This document shows, one piece after another, positions 1-10,280 of a stretch of DNA of 64,000 nucleotides. Within the stretch, counting starts at the first letter, position 1, and the number at the start of each line of letters is the position of its first letter. The position numbers were made by a program, and so were the translations under genes. Below the pieces are notes generated by a model. It saw only the letters and a list, made by a program, of their open reading frames with translations. It searched no databases and was not told the DNA's origin. Origin of the DNA: a virus (Duplodnaviria > Caudoviricetes). The stretch lies in IMG/VR virus record IMGVR_UViG_3300027759_000043. One strand, written 5' to 3'.

Positions 1-1
1 T

Positions 2-457
2 CCGGGTGATGTAAAACGTAAACAACCTAGTGGTGAACACAATCCTTATCCTTATAGCAAGGAAGAGGATGATGATTACTTCCGTGAAATCTTCCGCAAG
101 AAACGTGAAGCCAAAGACCAAGGCATGGCGGAAGGCCACCAAGCCCCGGCACCGGGATGGTATGTTACTCACGAACTAAGATCTGGCGATCCAGATATTG
201 TCAAAGGCCCTTTTGCAAGCCAACAACAAGCACAAATGTGGATGAATGGTAACATTCCAGATGCAGATGATCCCAGCGAGCGGTATGAAATAACACAGAT
301 GTTCGAAGGCGACAACCTGGCCACATTTGAAGAGGCCCAGTGCAACCAAACCATGGAAGGTGAATACTGCCCAGAACACGGCCTGGCCGAGTGCGGCAAC
401 TACAGCATGTACGAATCAGAATTGGCAAGATTAAAATCATTGGCTTTGCTCAAATGA
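2..457 (+). CDS. 3' part of a probable head-internal/virion protein (open from the window edge)
   Basis: Frame is open from nt 2 (PGDVKRKQPSGEH...QGMAEG...), so the track ATG at 125 is internal. Acidic, with several x-x-E sites; ends ELARLKSLALLK. Confidence 0.6.
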   Translation, partial: PGDVKRKQPSGEHNPYPYSKEEDDDYFREIFRKKREAKDQGMAEGHQAPAPGWYVTHELRSGDPDIVKGPFASQQQAQMWMNGNIPDADDPSERYEITQMFEGDNLATFEEAQCNQTMEGEYCPEHGLAECGNYSMYESELARLKSLALLK

Positions 458-459
458 GA

Positions 460-497
460 TAAATAAACTTGACACAGCAGACTAAAGCGCATATACT
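460..497 (+). promoter_or_regulatory. Dual promoter for the SSB gene: late-type TAAATA plus sigma70-type TTGACA-N17-TATACT
   Basis: TAAATA 460-465; TTGACA 469-474; TATACT 492-497. Confidence 0.7.
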
Positions 498-523
498 ACT
501 ACTGTGTTTGCGCTTTTTCTTTT
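484..523 (+). terminator. Intrinsic terminator-like inverted repeat after the first ORF
   Basis: AAAGCGCA (484-491) / TGCGCTTT (509-516) followed by a T-rich run. Confidence 0.45.
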
Positions 524-596
524 GTGGCACAGGCAACAATTGATCTAAGTAATTAGATAGGCAACATACATAGGCAACTTAACAAGGAGAAAAACT

Positions 597-1598
597 ATGG
601 CATCATTATCAGAAATTCGAGCAAGACTACAGGCAGCAGAAAACAAAGGTGGGCAATCCACTGAACGCGGTGATAATTCAATTTACCCGCACTGGAACAT
701 GGAAGAAGGCCAATCGGCTACACTACGCTTCCTCCCTGATGGTAACTCTAAAAATACTTTCTTTTGGCAAGAACGAGCAATGATTCGTTTACCTTTCAAC
801 GGTATCAAAGGAGAGATGGAATCCAAACAAGTTATGGTACAAGTACCTTGCGTGGAGATGTGGCAGGAAGCCTGCCCAATCTTGGCAGAAGTACGCACCT
901 GGTTCAAGGACAAGAGCCTTGAAGACATGGGTCGTAAGTATTGGAAGAAACGCAGTTACATCTTCCAAGGTTTCGTTCGCGAAAACCCCTTGAGCGACGA
1001 CAAAACACCAGAGAATCCAATTCGCAGATTCATCATTGGTCCACAAATCTTTACAACTATCAAAGGCGCCTTGATGGATCCTGAACTGGAAGAATTGCCA
1101 ACAGACTACCTGCGTGGTCTGGACTTCCGCATTAGCAAAGGTGCCAAAGGTGGTTTTGCTGACTACAATGGTTCAAAGTGGGCACGTAAAGAGTCAGCAC
1201 TCACAGAAGCAGAACAAGCCGCAGTTGATGCACATGGTTTGTTTGACTTGAGCACATTCTTGCCCAAGAAGCCCACAGACGTTGAGTTGAAAGTTATCAA
1301 AGAGATGTTCGAAGCATCGGTTGATGGCCAACCATACGACACCGAGCGTTGGGGCCAATACTTCCGTCCTGCTGGTGTGCAAGCACCTGCTGGTGGATCC
1401 GCTCCAGCAATGGCAGTAGATGGTCATAGCGATGTTCATGAAGTAGCGGTCAAGCCTGCACTCAAAGTAGTAACACCTGCAAGTGACTTTGATGAAGATG
1501 ATGCTCCTGTGGCAACTGCTCCTGTGGCAAAACCTGCTGGTGGTGGACAAAAGGCCGAAGACATTTTGGCCATGATTCGCGCACGTCAACAGAAGTAA
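597..1598 (+). CDS. gp32: Single-stranded DNA-binding protein, T4 gp32-like
   Basis: LRFLP, CPI, KRSY/GFV and DFRISK..GGFADY..SKW core; acidic Ala/Pro-rich tail; SD AAGGAG. Confidence 0.9.
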   Translation: MASLSEIRARLQAAENKGGQSTERGDNSIYPHWNMEEGQSATLRFLPDGNSKNTFFWQERAMIRLPFNGIKGEMESKQVMVQVPCVEMWQEACPILAEVRTWFKDKSLEDMGRKYWKKRSYIFQGFVRENPLSDDKTPENPIRRFIIGPQIFTTIKGALMDPELEELPTDYLRGLDFRISKGAKGGFADYNGSKWARKESALTEAEQAAVDAHGLFDLSTFLPKKPTDVELKVIKEMFEASVDGQPYDTERWGQYFRPAGVQAPAGGSAPAMAVDGHSDVHEVAVKPALKVVTPASDFDEDDAPVATAPVAKPAGGGQKAEDILAMIRARQQK

Positions 1599-2221
1599 TG
1601 CGAACTGCTCTGGACACAGAGTTATTTCCAGATCTATGTGAAGTGGTAGAAATGCCACTTCACAATCAATGGGTTTATCTAATTCAGAAAAACGGAAACA
1701 GCAGTTTAAGACTTCAGCAGACAAGAGATAATCTTGCTGTGTTTACCAATGAAGGGATTCGGGCACTTGATTATGTGGATGTCTATATACGCAACCCCCG
1801 AGCCAGATATGTCAGTGGAGTTAACACATACCTGCAACATCTTCAACGCGATCACCCTGAGTTAGATTCTTCTACCGCATTTTGGTTTGCCAAACGATAC
1901 AAATTTTTAAACACACATTACTTGCCGCAGTTTTACTGGTTGGCAAATCTTGCCCGTTACTTGCATAGAGATGCAAAAATACGCATTAGAGATTTCAACG
2001 ATTTTAAAAAAATTACAGATTTTCAAGATCGTGCTAAAGTAGTCCCGCCCTCAAAAGAATTTGTTGACATGTTGTTGAATGGCAATGACATTGCATTATG
2101 GCTGTATTTAGACCAAATACTGCTAGATCAAGTAGGAAAACAGTTTACTTGGACAGAGTTGTTGGATCATTATCAACATAATCATAAAAATATTATAGAC
2201 CATGTATTGCCCAAGACTTGA
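1598..2221 (+). CDS. Sulfotransferase family 2-like protein
   Basis: IQKNGNSSL (5'-PSB-like), IRNPRARYVSG (3'-PB-like), THYLPQ. Confidence 0.55.
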   Translation: MRTALDTELFPDLCEVVEMPLHNQWVYLIQKNGNSSLRLQQTRDNLAVFTNEGIRALDYVDVYIRNPRARYVSGVNTYLQHLQRDHPELDSSTAFWFAKRYKFLNTHYLPQFYWLANLARYLHRDAKIRIRDFNDFKKITDFQDRAKVVPPSKEFVDMLLNGNDIALWLYLDQILLDQVGKQFTWTELLDHYQHNHKNIIDHVLPKT

Positions 2222-3167
2222 CCACTTTGTGAGATTCAATCCCAATGGCACACTTGGCCGATGCGGCCACATGGTCAACCCACCGCAGTTTAATTCAATA
2301 GAGCAAATGGATTCTAGTAACTGGCTGGCCGATATCAAAAGCAAACCGGATACTTGGCCAAAAGAATGCATACGATGTCAACAAACAGAACAAATAAACA
2401 ACACAAGTATAAGACTCAATGCTATAGAGTTTGATAAAAAACAAACACGCTCTGACTACCTAACTGTGGGCGGTGTACTAGACAACATTTGCAACAGTGC
2501 TTGCCAATCATGCAACGCACAGTTAAGTACAAAAATAGGCAGTTTGATATCTCAAAATTATCCAAATATAGATAACTCAAAGGCTTTTTGGCAATTGCCA
2601 TTGGCTCGAGTGGTGCATTTGGACATTAATGGTGGTGAACCCAGTGCCAGCAAAAACTATCGTAACATACTTAAAAATATCCCGCCATCGGTGGCTAGTG
2701 TTAGAATTAATACCAATTGTTCAATAGTCATTCCTGAAATTCAGGAACTTTTAAATCGTGGCATACACGTCATAGTTACAGTCAGCCTGGATGGAATTGG
2801 TCGCACACATGACTATGTGCGTTGGCCAATCAAGTGGAAAAACTTCGAACGCAATCTTGCTATATACAAAAGCATGGGTATCCAGGAGTTAAACACATGG
2901 ACTACAGTTAGTGCATTGAACATAGGTGATTTGAAAAATATTTTTGCATACACAAAGGATCAAGGAATTGACCATTCATGGGCCTTGTTAGAACAACCTG
3001 ATGTTTTAAACATCAAGTATAGCAATCACCTGACCAGAACAGCAGATGTTCCTAATGAACTAAATGCTATTGTGGCTCAAGATAAAGACAACACTGTAGA
3101 ACTACAGTTATGGACACACAGTCAAGATCAATTGCGTAGTATTAAACTTTGGGATTATTATAAATGA
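2202..3167 (+). CDS. Radical SAM protein with N-terminal SPASM/twitch-like Cys cluster
   Basis: CNSACQSC, INGGEP, SLDG; N-terminal CP...GRC...CIRC. Confidence 0.85.
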   Translation: MYCPRLDHFVRFNPNGTLGRCGHMVNPPQFNSIEQMDSSNWLADIKSKPDTWPKECIRCQQTEQINNTSIRLNAIEFDKKQTRSDYLTVGGVLDNICNSACQSCNAQLSTKIGSLISQNYPNIDNSKAFWQLPLARVVHLDINGGEPSASKNYRNILKNIPPSVASVRINTNCSIVIPEIQELLNRGIHVIVTVSLDGIGRTHDYVRWPIKWKNFERNLAIYKSMGIQELNTWTTVSALNIGDLKNIFAYTKDQGIDHSWALLEQPDVLNIKYSNHLTRTADVPNELNAIVAQDKDNTVELQLWTHSQDQLRSIKLWDYYK

Positions 3168-3709
3168 AAATAGCGATCACAGGCGGCACAGCCGGAATAG
3201 GACAAGCATTAGGCAATGAATACGAAAGTCGTGGACACGAGGTTTTAAGATTGAGTAGACGCACGGGGCACAATATACGCTCAATACCTAAAATTGCAGA
3301 TCAAATTGAATCTTGTGATATATTTGTCAACAATGCACAAGCAGGATTTACTCAGACTGAACTACTTTTTGAAATGGCTGGTCGTTGGGCTGATACCGGA
3401 AAGCGTATCATGGTAATCAGCACTATGATGACTCAATATCCGGTGAGTGTGTTGCCTGGATTAGACATGAATGCCTACAGAATTCAAAAGGTTGCTCTTG
3501 AAGAGGCAGTGAAACAAATACGCCATCAACAACTAGGAATCAAAATTACCATTGTGCGGCCAGGCAATATAGCCACCAGCAGTGATAAAACAGTTCCACC
3601 TGCGGCAGATGTAGATACTTGGGCCTCGGTATTAATAAAGACATTAGAAATGGCTCAAGCCAATAATTTAACTATTCCAGACATATCGTTGGGACCAGCG
3701 TTAAAATGA
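3164..3709 (+). CDS. Short-chain dehydrogenase/reductase-like protein
   Basis: ITGGTAGIG, VNNA, Y-x3-K (YRIQK), VRPG. Confidence 0.8.
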   Translation: MKIAITGGTAGIGQALGNEYESRGHEVLRLSRRTGHNIRSIPKIADQIESCDIFVNNAQAGFTQTELLFEMAGRWADTGKRIMVISTMMTQYPVSVLPGLDMNAYRIQKVALEEAVKQIRHQQLGIKITIVRPGNIATSSDKTVPPAADVDTWASVLIKTLEMAQANNLTIPDISLGPALK

Positions 3710-4857
3710 CACCCCGAGATATGTTGACCAATCCATACTTCTGTCCGATGCCTTGGACCGGACTAATGTATAACTTTGATGGCCAAGTTAAGAATTGTAT
3801 CCGTAGTGCTGGACCACTTGGTAATATCAAAGACCAACCCATTGAACAAATACTAGTTAATAACAATCAATTTAGGCAACAACAAATTGTTGATCAACAA
3901 CCTGTAGAAACTTGTCATACTTGTTACAAACTAGAACGTAGTAAAAAAGGATTTGATCATATTAGTGACCGTGTGTTTTACATACGAGAGTTAAAAAATG
4001 TACCAACGAATACATATCAAATCAATAACTTTGATTTACAAACAATTGATGTGCGTTGGTCCAATTTGTGTAATTTTGCTTGTGTATATTGCGGTCCTGA
4101 GTTTAGTAGTAAGTGGAGTGACGAATTAAAAATTCGTCACGCGGTGCCTTCGTATCAGCAGTTGACTGATTTTAAAAATTACATATATGATCACGCCGAC
4201 CAACTCAAACATGTGTATCTAGCAGGTGGCGAGCCTTTATTGATGAAAGAAAATTTAGCCTTATTGGAAAAACTAGATACCAATACAAATATCAGGATAA
4301 ACACTAATCTAAGCAAAGTTGACACTCAAGTATTTGATGCTGTTTGCAGATTTCAAAATGTACATTGGACTGTGAGTGTAGAAACTCTGGCAGAAGAATT
4401 TGAATACATACGCTATGGTGGATCTTGGATAGATTTTTTGGATAACCTAGCAATAATCAAGCAATTAAATCACAAGATATCATTTAACATGTTGCATTTC
4501 TTGTTGAACTACAACTCCATATTTGACTGTGTGGACTTTTTGAAGCAATTGGGATTTCACAACAACAGTTTTATAATTGGTGCCTTGCTATCACCTGAAT
4601 ACCTAAATATTAGACATTTGCCTGAAAATGTGTTAAACTCTGTAAAGAGTAAATTGCAGGATAGAATCAACCAAAAACCTGGTTATCTACTTGAAGACAG
4701 TTATAGAAATATGCTACACTACCTTGATATTCCGTTTGAGAAAAATATCATGCAATCAATTGATAAAATATCAGAATTGGATCGGCGTAGAGGCATAGAC
4801 AGCCGGACAATTTTTAAAGATTTATATAAGGACATAGACCATGGGAAAACCATTTGA
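3706..4857 (+). CDS. Radical SAM protein, SPASM/twitch-first architecture
   Basis: FCPMPW...GQVKNC...CHTC, then CNFACVYC, LAGGEP, NTNLS. Confidence 0.9.
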   Translation: MTPRDMLTNPYFCPMPWTGLMYNFDGQVKNCIRSAGPLGNIKDQPIEQILVNNNQFRQQQIVDQQPVETCHTCYKLERSKKGFDHISDRVFYIRELKNVPTNTYQINNFDLQTIDVRWSNLCNFACVYCGPEFSSKWSDELKIRHAVPSYQQLTDFKNYIYDHADQLKHVYLAGGEPLLMKENLALLEKLDTNTNIRINTNLSKVDTQVFDAVCRFQNVHWTVSVETLAEEFEYIRYGGSWIDFLDNLAIIKQLNHKISFNMLHFLLNYNSIFDCVDFLKQLGFHNNSFIIGALLSPEYLNIRHLPENVLNSVKSKLQDRINQKPGYLLEDSYRNMLHYLDIPFEKNIMQSIDKISELDRRRGIDSRTIFKDLYKDIDHGKTI

Positions 4858-5899
4858 CGTAAGCAAGTTCCGCAAGGAAATTACCAAAAGCATTGACGGA
4901 CTGTCAATTGGCTTTAATGATCCAACTGATTGGATCAGTACAGGCAACTACGCCTTAAACTACCTGATCTCAGGAGACTTTAATCGTGGTATTCCACTGG
5001 GCAAAGTCACTGTGTTTGCCGGTGATTCTGGAGCAGGCAAAAGTTATATATGTTCAGGAAACATTGTAAAGAATGCACAAGATCAAGGCATCTTTGTGGT
5101 ACTGATTGACAGTGAAAACGCACTTGATGAAGACTGGCTTAAAGCACTGGGAGTTGACACAAGCGATAGCAAACTGCTCAAGTTAAGTATGGCCATGATT
5201 GATGATGTGGCCAAAACAATCTCCACATTCATGAGTGACTACAAAGCACTTGCTGAGGGAGAGCGTCCCAAGGTTATGTTTGTGATTGACAGTCTAGGTA
5301 TGTTGTTGACACCCACAGACGTGAATCAATTTGATGCAGGCGAAATGAAGGGTGACTTGGGTCGTAAACCCAAAGCACTCACTGCACTGGTGCGGAATTG
5401 TGTAAACATGTTTGGTAGTTACAACGTGGGCCTGGTTTGTACCAATCACACATACGCAAGTCAGGACATGTTTGACCCTGATGACAAGATTTCGGGCGGT
5501 CAAGGCTTTATCTATGCATCAAGTATTGTGGTTGCCATGAAGAAGATGAAACTCAAAGAAGATGAAGATGGCAACAAAGTGTCAGACGTAAACGGTATTC
5601 GTGCCGGATGTAAAGTTATGAAAACACGTTATGCCAAACCCTTTGAAGGTGTGCAGGTCAAGATTCCTTACACAACAGGTATGAGCCCTTATTCTGGATT
5701 GGTTGACTTGATTGAAAAGAAAGAAATGCTCAAGCGTGAAGGCAACAGTCTAGTGTTTACCACCAGTGAGGGCGAAGTGATTAAGAAGTTCCGCAAAGCA
5801 TGGGAAAAGAACGATGATTCGTGTTTGGACAAAGTCATGGCAGACTTTGGAAATCAGAAAGCCGAGGTAAGTACTCCGGAGGAAACAACTGATGAGTGA
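4841..5899 (+). CDS. uvsX: RecA/UvsX recombinase
   Basis: STGNYALN, Walker A GDSGAGKS, IDSENA, IDSLG, NHTY, SGG, KTRY. Confidence 0.95.
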   Translation: MGKPFDVSKFRKEITKSIDGLSIGFNDPTDWISTGNYALNYLISGDFNRGIPLGKVTVFAGDSGAGKSYICSGNIVKNAQDQGIFVVLIDSENALDEDWLKALGVDTSDSKLLKLSMAMIDDVAKTISTFMSDYKALAEGERPKVMFVIDSLGMLLTPTDVNQFDAGEMKGDLGRKPKALTALVRNCVNMFGSYNVGLVCTNHTYASQDMFDPDDKISGGQGFIYASSIVVAMKKMKLKEDEDGNKVSDVNGIRAGCKVMKTRYAKPFEGVQVKIPYTTGMSPYSGLVDLIEKKEMLKREGNSLVFTTSEGEVIKKFRKAWEKNDDSCLDKVMADFGNQKAEVSTPEETTDE

Positions 5900-6155
5900 A
5901 GCAATAGCCAGTGAAATTTGGGGAGAACTCAAGCGTTTTGTAAACACGGTGGATCGTGCCGAAGCCGCAGAAACTGTGATACAAATCTTGATGGACAATG
6001 ATTCAGACGTGGAAGACATTCGCACGGCATTCAAAGGAGATACAGACATCAAACGTGCGTTGACTGCATACCTTGACAACGACAAGGACTATGTGGAAGA
6101 CGAAGAGGAAGAGTTTGACGAAGAGGAAGACGAAGACGAGGACTGGGAAAACTAA
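5892..6155 (+). CDS. Small acidic hypothetical protein
   Basis: Coupled to uvsX; poly-D/E C-terminus. Confidence 0.7.
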   Translation: MSEAIASEIWGELKRFVNTVDRAEAAETVIQILMDNDSDVEDIRTAFKGDTDIKRALTAYLDNDKDYVEDEEEEFDEEEDEDEDWEN

Positions 6156-7315
6156 TGACTGGCAAATCGACTGATTTTTATTGCAGTCAGAAGTTTACCT
6201 GGCTATCCGTAGATCTAGAAAAAAGACTAACGTATTCGTGCTGTAAAGCATACCCAGAAAAAATCAATTTATCTTGGCTTAAAAATAATCCTGGACAAAT
6301 ATTCAATACCGAATTGCTAAAGGCCGAAAGACAAAGTATGCTGGACAACATTCCAGTTGAAAGTTGTCGCACTGCATGTTGGATTCCAGAGAGCCAAGGG
6401 TTCACAAGTCGCAGACTGCAACTTGGCCAAGAAAAAACTCACAGCGGCATTGACGCTCAACCCGAAACTTTGAATATTATACTAGGATCCAGTTGTAATC
6501 TGACTTGTTCTTATTGTTGTAAACAATATAGCACTTCGTGGCTGCAAGATATAAAAAACAATGGCGCATATCTTGACTCTAATAGATTTAAACTGCTACC
6601 AATTGACCATGTATTGTTAAAAGTCAGTCAACAAGAACACGAAAATACTGATGCGTTTTTGATGCTACTGGACGAAATAAAACAATTTAACAATCTCAAA
6701 AGAGTTATTATAACCGGCGGCGAACCTTTTTTATACAATAACTTGTTTACGCTTTTGGAAAAAACACCGCCTTCGGTAGAAATTGTGTTGTACACTGGCC
6801 TAGGTGTTAATCACTCTCGATTAATCAAGCAAATCAACAAAATCAAACACATACCCAATTTAAAAATTATTGTCAGTGCAGAGAATGTTGATAATTTCTA
6901 CGAGTTCAATCGACACGGCAACACTTACCAAAATTTTGAAAGTAACTTGCAATTGCTGATTGATTCTGGGTTTATAATAACTTTTTTGTCTATAATTAGC
7001 AATCTCACTGTCTTTGGATTGACGGAATTTGCCAACAAATATGAACATTTTAATATAGATTATGATTATTGTCATGATCCAGATTATCTAGGCGTTCATG
7101 TGTTGGATGATATTAGCAAAGAAAAATTAATACAATCACTCCAGTCCAGCAACATTGCAGTCAAAAATGAAATTATTCAATCTTTGTCAATTGATTGTAC
7201 ACAAGAACAACAAAAAAATTGTTCTATATTTGTTAAAGAATTTGCTAGTCGTAGAAATTTAGATCTTAAAATTTTTCCCAACAGTATGTTACAATGGTTA
7301 GAACATGTGGTATAG
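6155..7315 (+). CDS. Radical SAM protein, SPASM/twitch-first architecture
   Basis: FYCSQKF...YSCC...CRTAC, then CNLTCSYC, ITGGEP. Confidence 0.9.
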   Translation: MTGKSTDFYCSQKFTWLSVDLEKRLTYSCCKAYPEKINLSWLKNNPGQIFNTELLKAERQSMLDNIPVESCRTACWIPESQGFTSRRLQLGQEKTHSGIDAQPETLNIILGSSCNLTCSYCCKQYSTSWLQDIKNNGAYLDSNRFKLLPIDHVLLKVSQQEHENTDAFLMLLDEIKQFNNLKRVIITGGEPFLYNNLFTLLEKTPPSVEIVLYTGLGVNHSRLIKQINKIKHIPNLKIIVSAENVDNFYEFNRHGNTYQNFESNLQLLIDSGFIITFLSIISNLTVFGLTEFANKYEHFNIDYDYCHDPDYLGVHVLDDISKEKLIQSLQSSNIAVKNEIIQSLSIDCTQEQQKNCSIFVKEFASRRNLDLKIFPNSMLQWLEHVV

Positions 7316-7757
7316 TCGCGTAGTTGCTGGCCTTGGTGCTATTCCTGATTTTATCAGTCACTATGAACGTGAACTGGAAGATGCCAAAAAAGACTGCAAA
7401 ATCTACGGCATAGTAGAAAAGAATATCACAGCCTTGCCCGGCATCACTGAACACCGTTTTAATCAGTTACAAGAGATCGAAGCGGTGTTAAATTATCTCA
7501 ACATCCAACTGCGTAAGATACGCAGAAAGCATTTTCAAAAGTATCTAGAAAACTACGCCCGCGCTCTCACAAGTAGAGATGCTGAAAAGTATGTGGACGG
7601 CGAAGACGAAGTAATTGATTATGAAACCATCATCAATGAAGTAGCATACCTACGCAATCGTTGGTTGGGTATCCTCAAAGGACTTGATACCAAACAGTGG
7701 CAAATGGGTCACGTGGTCCGCCTAAGAACAGCAGGAATGGAAGATATTCAAGTGTGA
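7305..7757 (+). CDS. uvsY: UvsY-like recombination mediator
   Basis: Helical 150-aa protein with RKHFQKYLENY...AEKYVDG; downstream of uvsX. Confidence 0.7.
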   Translation: MWYSRVVAGLGAIPDFISHYERELEDAKKDCKIYGIVEKNITALPGITEHRFNQLQEIEAVLNYLNIQLRKIRRKHFQKYLENYARALTSRDAEKYVDGEDEVIDYETIINEVAYLRNRWLGILKGLDTKQWQMGHVVRLRTAGMEDIQV

Positions 7758-7782
7758 CCTGTTGTGTGTGATACATAATAGT

Positions 7783-8772
7783 ATGAAAAAGACCGCATTT
7801 GTTACAGGCATGACCGGGCAAGATGGCCCATATCTTGCCCGATATCTAATAGAAAAAGACTACCATGTATATGGGTTAGTCAAACGCTATTCAAATCCCA
7901 ATTTGGAAAATCTCAAATGGTTGGGTATTGAAAACGACATTGAACTCATCACAGGTGACATCACCGATGAGAACAACATGAATCATATCATGCAAGGGAT
8001 CAAGCCTCAAGAAGTGTACAACTTGGCGGCTCAAAGTTTTGTTGGCATCAGTTGGGAATTGAACAAACTCACAACCGAAGTCAATTGCATGGGTCCGTTG
8101 AACTTGCTGAACTCAATACGCCAACACAATCCCAATGCAAGATTTTATCAAGCATCTACATCAGAGATGTTTGGCAATGCAACCGAACCTGGACTGCAAG
8201 GTGAAACAACCCCGTTCCGTCCACGAAGCCCATATGGTGTAAGCAAGTTGTATTCACACTGGATGACTATAAACTTCCGTGAAAGTTACAGTTTATATGC
8301 TTGCTCGGGCATTTTATTCAATCATGAATCTCCCTTGCGTGGTCGTGAATTTGTCACACGAAAGATCACAGATGCAGTGGCACGTATTAAATTAGGACTG
8401 GCAGATGATGTTACACTGGGCAATTTAGACAGTGCTAGAGATTGGGGATTCGCCGGCGACTTTGTGGAAGCCATGTGGTTGATGTTGCAACAGGAAAAAG
8501 CCAGTGACTATGTGATTGCTACTGGCGAACAGCATACCATCGGTGACTTGTGTCGTGTGGCATTTGAACATGCAGGAATTCATGAATGGAAACATTTAGT
8601 AAAAAGTGATCCGCGATTTAAACGTCCAGCAGAACTTTACAGTTTACGTGGCGATAGTGCTCGTGCTAGGGAACAGTTGGGGTGGAAACCACGTACCAAC
8701 TTTGAAACCATGATACGTGACATGGTTGATGCTGATCTAAAGAGACTGCAAATCAATCGTGGACCGTGGTAG
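7783..8772 (+). CDS. gmd: GDP-mannose 4,6-dehydratase
   Basis: TGMTGQDG, YNLAAQSFV, QASTSEMFG, SPYGVSK, NHESPLRG..FVTRKI, RDWG; start reassigned to ATG 7783. Confidence 0.95.
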   Translation: MKKTAFVTGMTGQDGPYLARYLIEKDYHVYGLVKRYSNPNLENLKWLGIENDIELITGDITDENNMNHIMQGIKPQEVYNLAAQSFVGISWELNKLTTEVNCMGPLNLLNSIRQHNPNARFYQASTSEMFGNATEPGLQGETTPFRPRSPYGVSKLYSHWMTINFRESYSLYACSGILFNHESPLRGREFVTRKITDAVARIKLGLADDVTLGNLDSARDWGFAGDFVEAMWLMLQQEKASDYVIATGEQHTIGDLCRVAFEHAGIHEWKHLVKSDPRFKRPAELYSLRGDSARAREQLGWKPRTNFETMIRDMVDADLKRLQINRGPW

Positions 8773-9423
8773 ATAGATGGTATCGCCGTCAAAATCGGCT
8801 ACTGATTCATAATCTAGTTCTTGTATCAATTCTAAATATTGATCATTGTCGTAAGTGTGTAGACTTTTAGGGTGATTGCCACCCGTGTATTCTACCATCA
8901 TCACCGGTTTATGAGTGCGTATAGTGTTCATGGCTCCTTTGAGAACTTCAAATTCCCAACCTTCCACATCAATTTTTATAAAATCAACATTGTTGAAAGT
9001 GTACTCATCTAACTTATGGCATTGGATGTCATGTAGCACAGCACAAGATTGATGTCGGCCAAAATCTTCATCAATCATCTGAAAAGTTCCAGTGTTCTTG
9101 GAGGTTCTGTAAGTGCCTTGTCTTGATCCAGTTTTGTCGCCTAGGGCAAAATTATAACATTGAACATTGGATAAATTTTTAGTGTTTTTGATCAAACATT
9201 CATAATGAGCAGGCATAGGTTCAAATGCGTGTACCTGCTGAAACAATGTTGACCAATGATCTACGCTGATTCCTACATGTGCTCCTATATCTATTACTGT
9301 ACAAAAACTATGTACATACTTTAAGGCCTCAGTCCTAGAGTTCAATCCAAATAATCTTATGTTCTGGTTGAATTTTTCAAAATAATCTTCATAAGGTAGA
9401 TTAAACCCATCGACTAAATGCAT
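8737..9423 (-). CDS. FkbM-family methyltransferase
   Basis: IDIGAHVG, FEP, FIKIDVEGWE. Confidence 0.9.
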   Translation of the reverse strand: MHLVDGFNLPYEDYFEKFNQNIRLFGLNSRTEALKYVHSFCTVIDIGAHVGISVDHWSTLFQQVHAFEPMPAHYECLIKNTKNLSNVQCYNFALGDKTGSRQGTYRTSKNTGTFQMIDEDFGRHQSCAVLHDIQCHKLDEYTFNNVDFIKIDVEGWEFEVLKGAMNTIRTHKPVMMVEYTGGNHPKSLHTYDNDQYLELIQELDYESVADFDGDTIYLPRSTIDLQSL

Positions 9424-10262
9424 TGGGTATTTAGTCTACCCAACAATCTTCCAAACGGTTGACCCGTTGCAATTTCCTCTATAGTCCATTCTGTGTGGGC
9501 TATATCTTCCAACCAAGCCGTGCGATCTGGCATCCACGGCTTTTCTATATCTGACAGATCCAAATTGGCCACCGGAGCGGCCAGACTGTCTGCACCAACA
9601 AAAGCAGGCACACCTGCTATGACGCTTTGACAACCTGGACCGGAGTTTTCGTTAATCACACACCAGGCATTGGCTAGGTCGGTATCAAAATCAAAACTAT
9701 CATATGTGTTGATTAACGGACGAGGGTTGCGTATAGAGACACCTGCTATGTTGGTGATACGTTGCCTAGGGTGTGGCCGCACAACAATAGGCCGGTCAGT
9801 AACTGATTTAATTTTTGCAACAGTTTGTTCAACCCATGTTTTTGTCTCAGGCAGCCCGGTCCATTGCTCACTATCTCCACGTTGTACAGCAATCACAATG
9901 TTTTTGCCTTGCTGCCAAGGTTGTAGATTTAAGCCCAACGTTTGTGCTCGGTTGGCTTGACTATTTTGTCCAAACCAAGCACGACGATTCACACCGTTCA
10001 GTCCCATCTTCCATGTGCGACCACGTTGCAACATTCCTACTTCTAGTACAATCACGTCACGCCCAGAGTTTCTGAATATTTTCCAGACGTCCTGATTGTG
10101 TCGCATTCGCCCAGACCAAAGATGGCTCCATATCACCGCCACATCTGCGTCTAGATCATGATTGTTGGATTGGATACCGCAAATACGTAGTCCTTGTTCA
10201 AAGGCCGTAAACACAGGCACAGAGTTTAATGCACCAAAATTATTAAATAGACTGATTTTCAT
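9414..10262 (-). CDS. KpsS/KpsC-like (capsule synthesis family) glycosyltransferase
   Basis: LEVG, VRPHPR, NENSGPG..SVIAGVP, W-x4-AHTEW GT-B-like tail. Confidence 0.55.
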   Translation of the reverse strand: MKISLFNNFGALNSVPVFTAFEQGLRICGIQSNNHDLDADVAVIWSHLWSGRMRHNQDVWKIFRNSGRDVIVLEVGMLQRGRTWKMGLNGVNRRAWFGQNSQANRAQTLGLNLQPWQQGKNIVIAVQRGDSEQWTGLPETKTWVEQTVAKIKSVTDRPIVVRPHPRQRITNIAGVSIRNPRPLINTYDSFDFDTDLANAWCVINENSGPGCQSVIAGVPAFVGADSLAAPVANLDLSDIEKPWMPDRTAWLEDIAHTEWTIEEIATGQPFGRLLGRLNTQCI

Positions 10263-10280
10263 TGGGTTAAATAGTTATAT

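Noticed and set aside
1598-7315. RiPP biosynthetic cluster suggested by SPASM radical SAM enzymes
   Set aside because: No precursor peptide, RRE/PqqD domain, peptidase or transporter is adjacent; neighbours are sugar- and sulfate-type enzymes.
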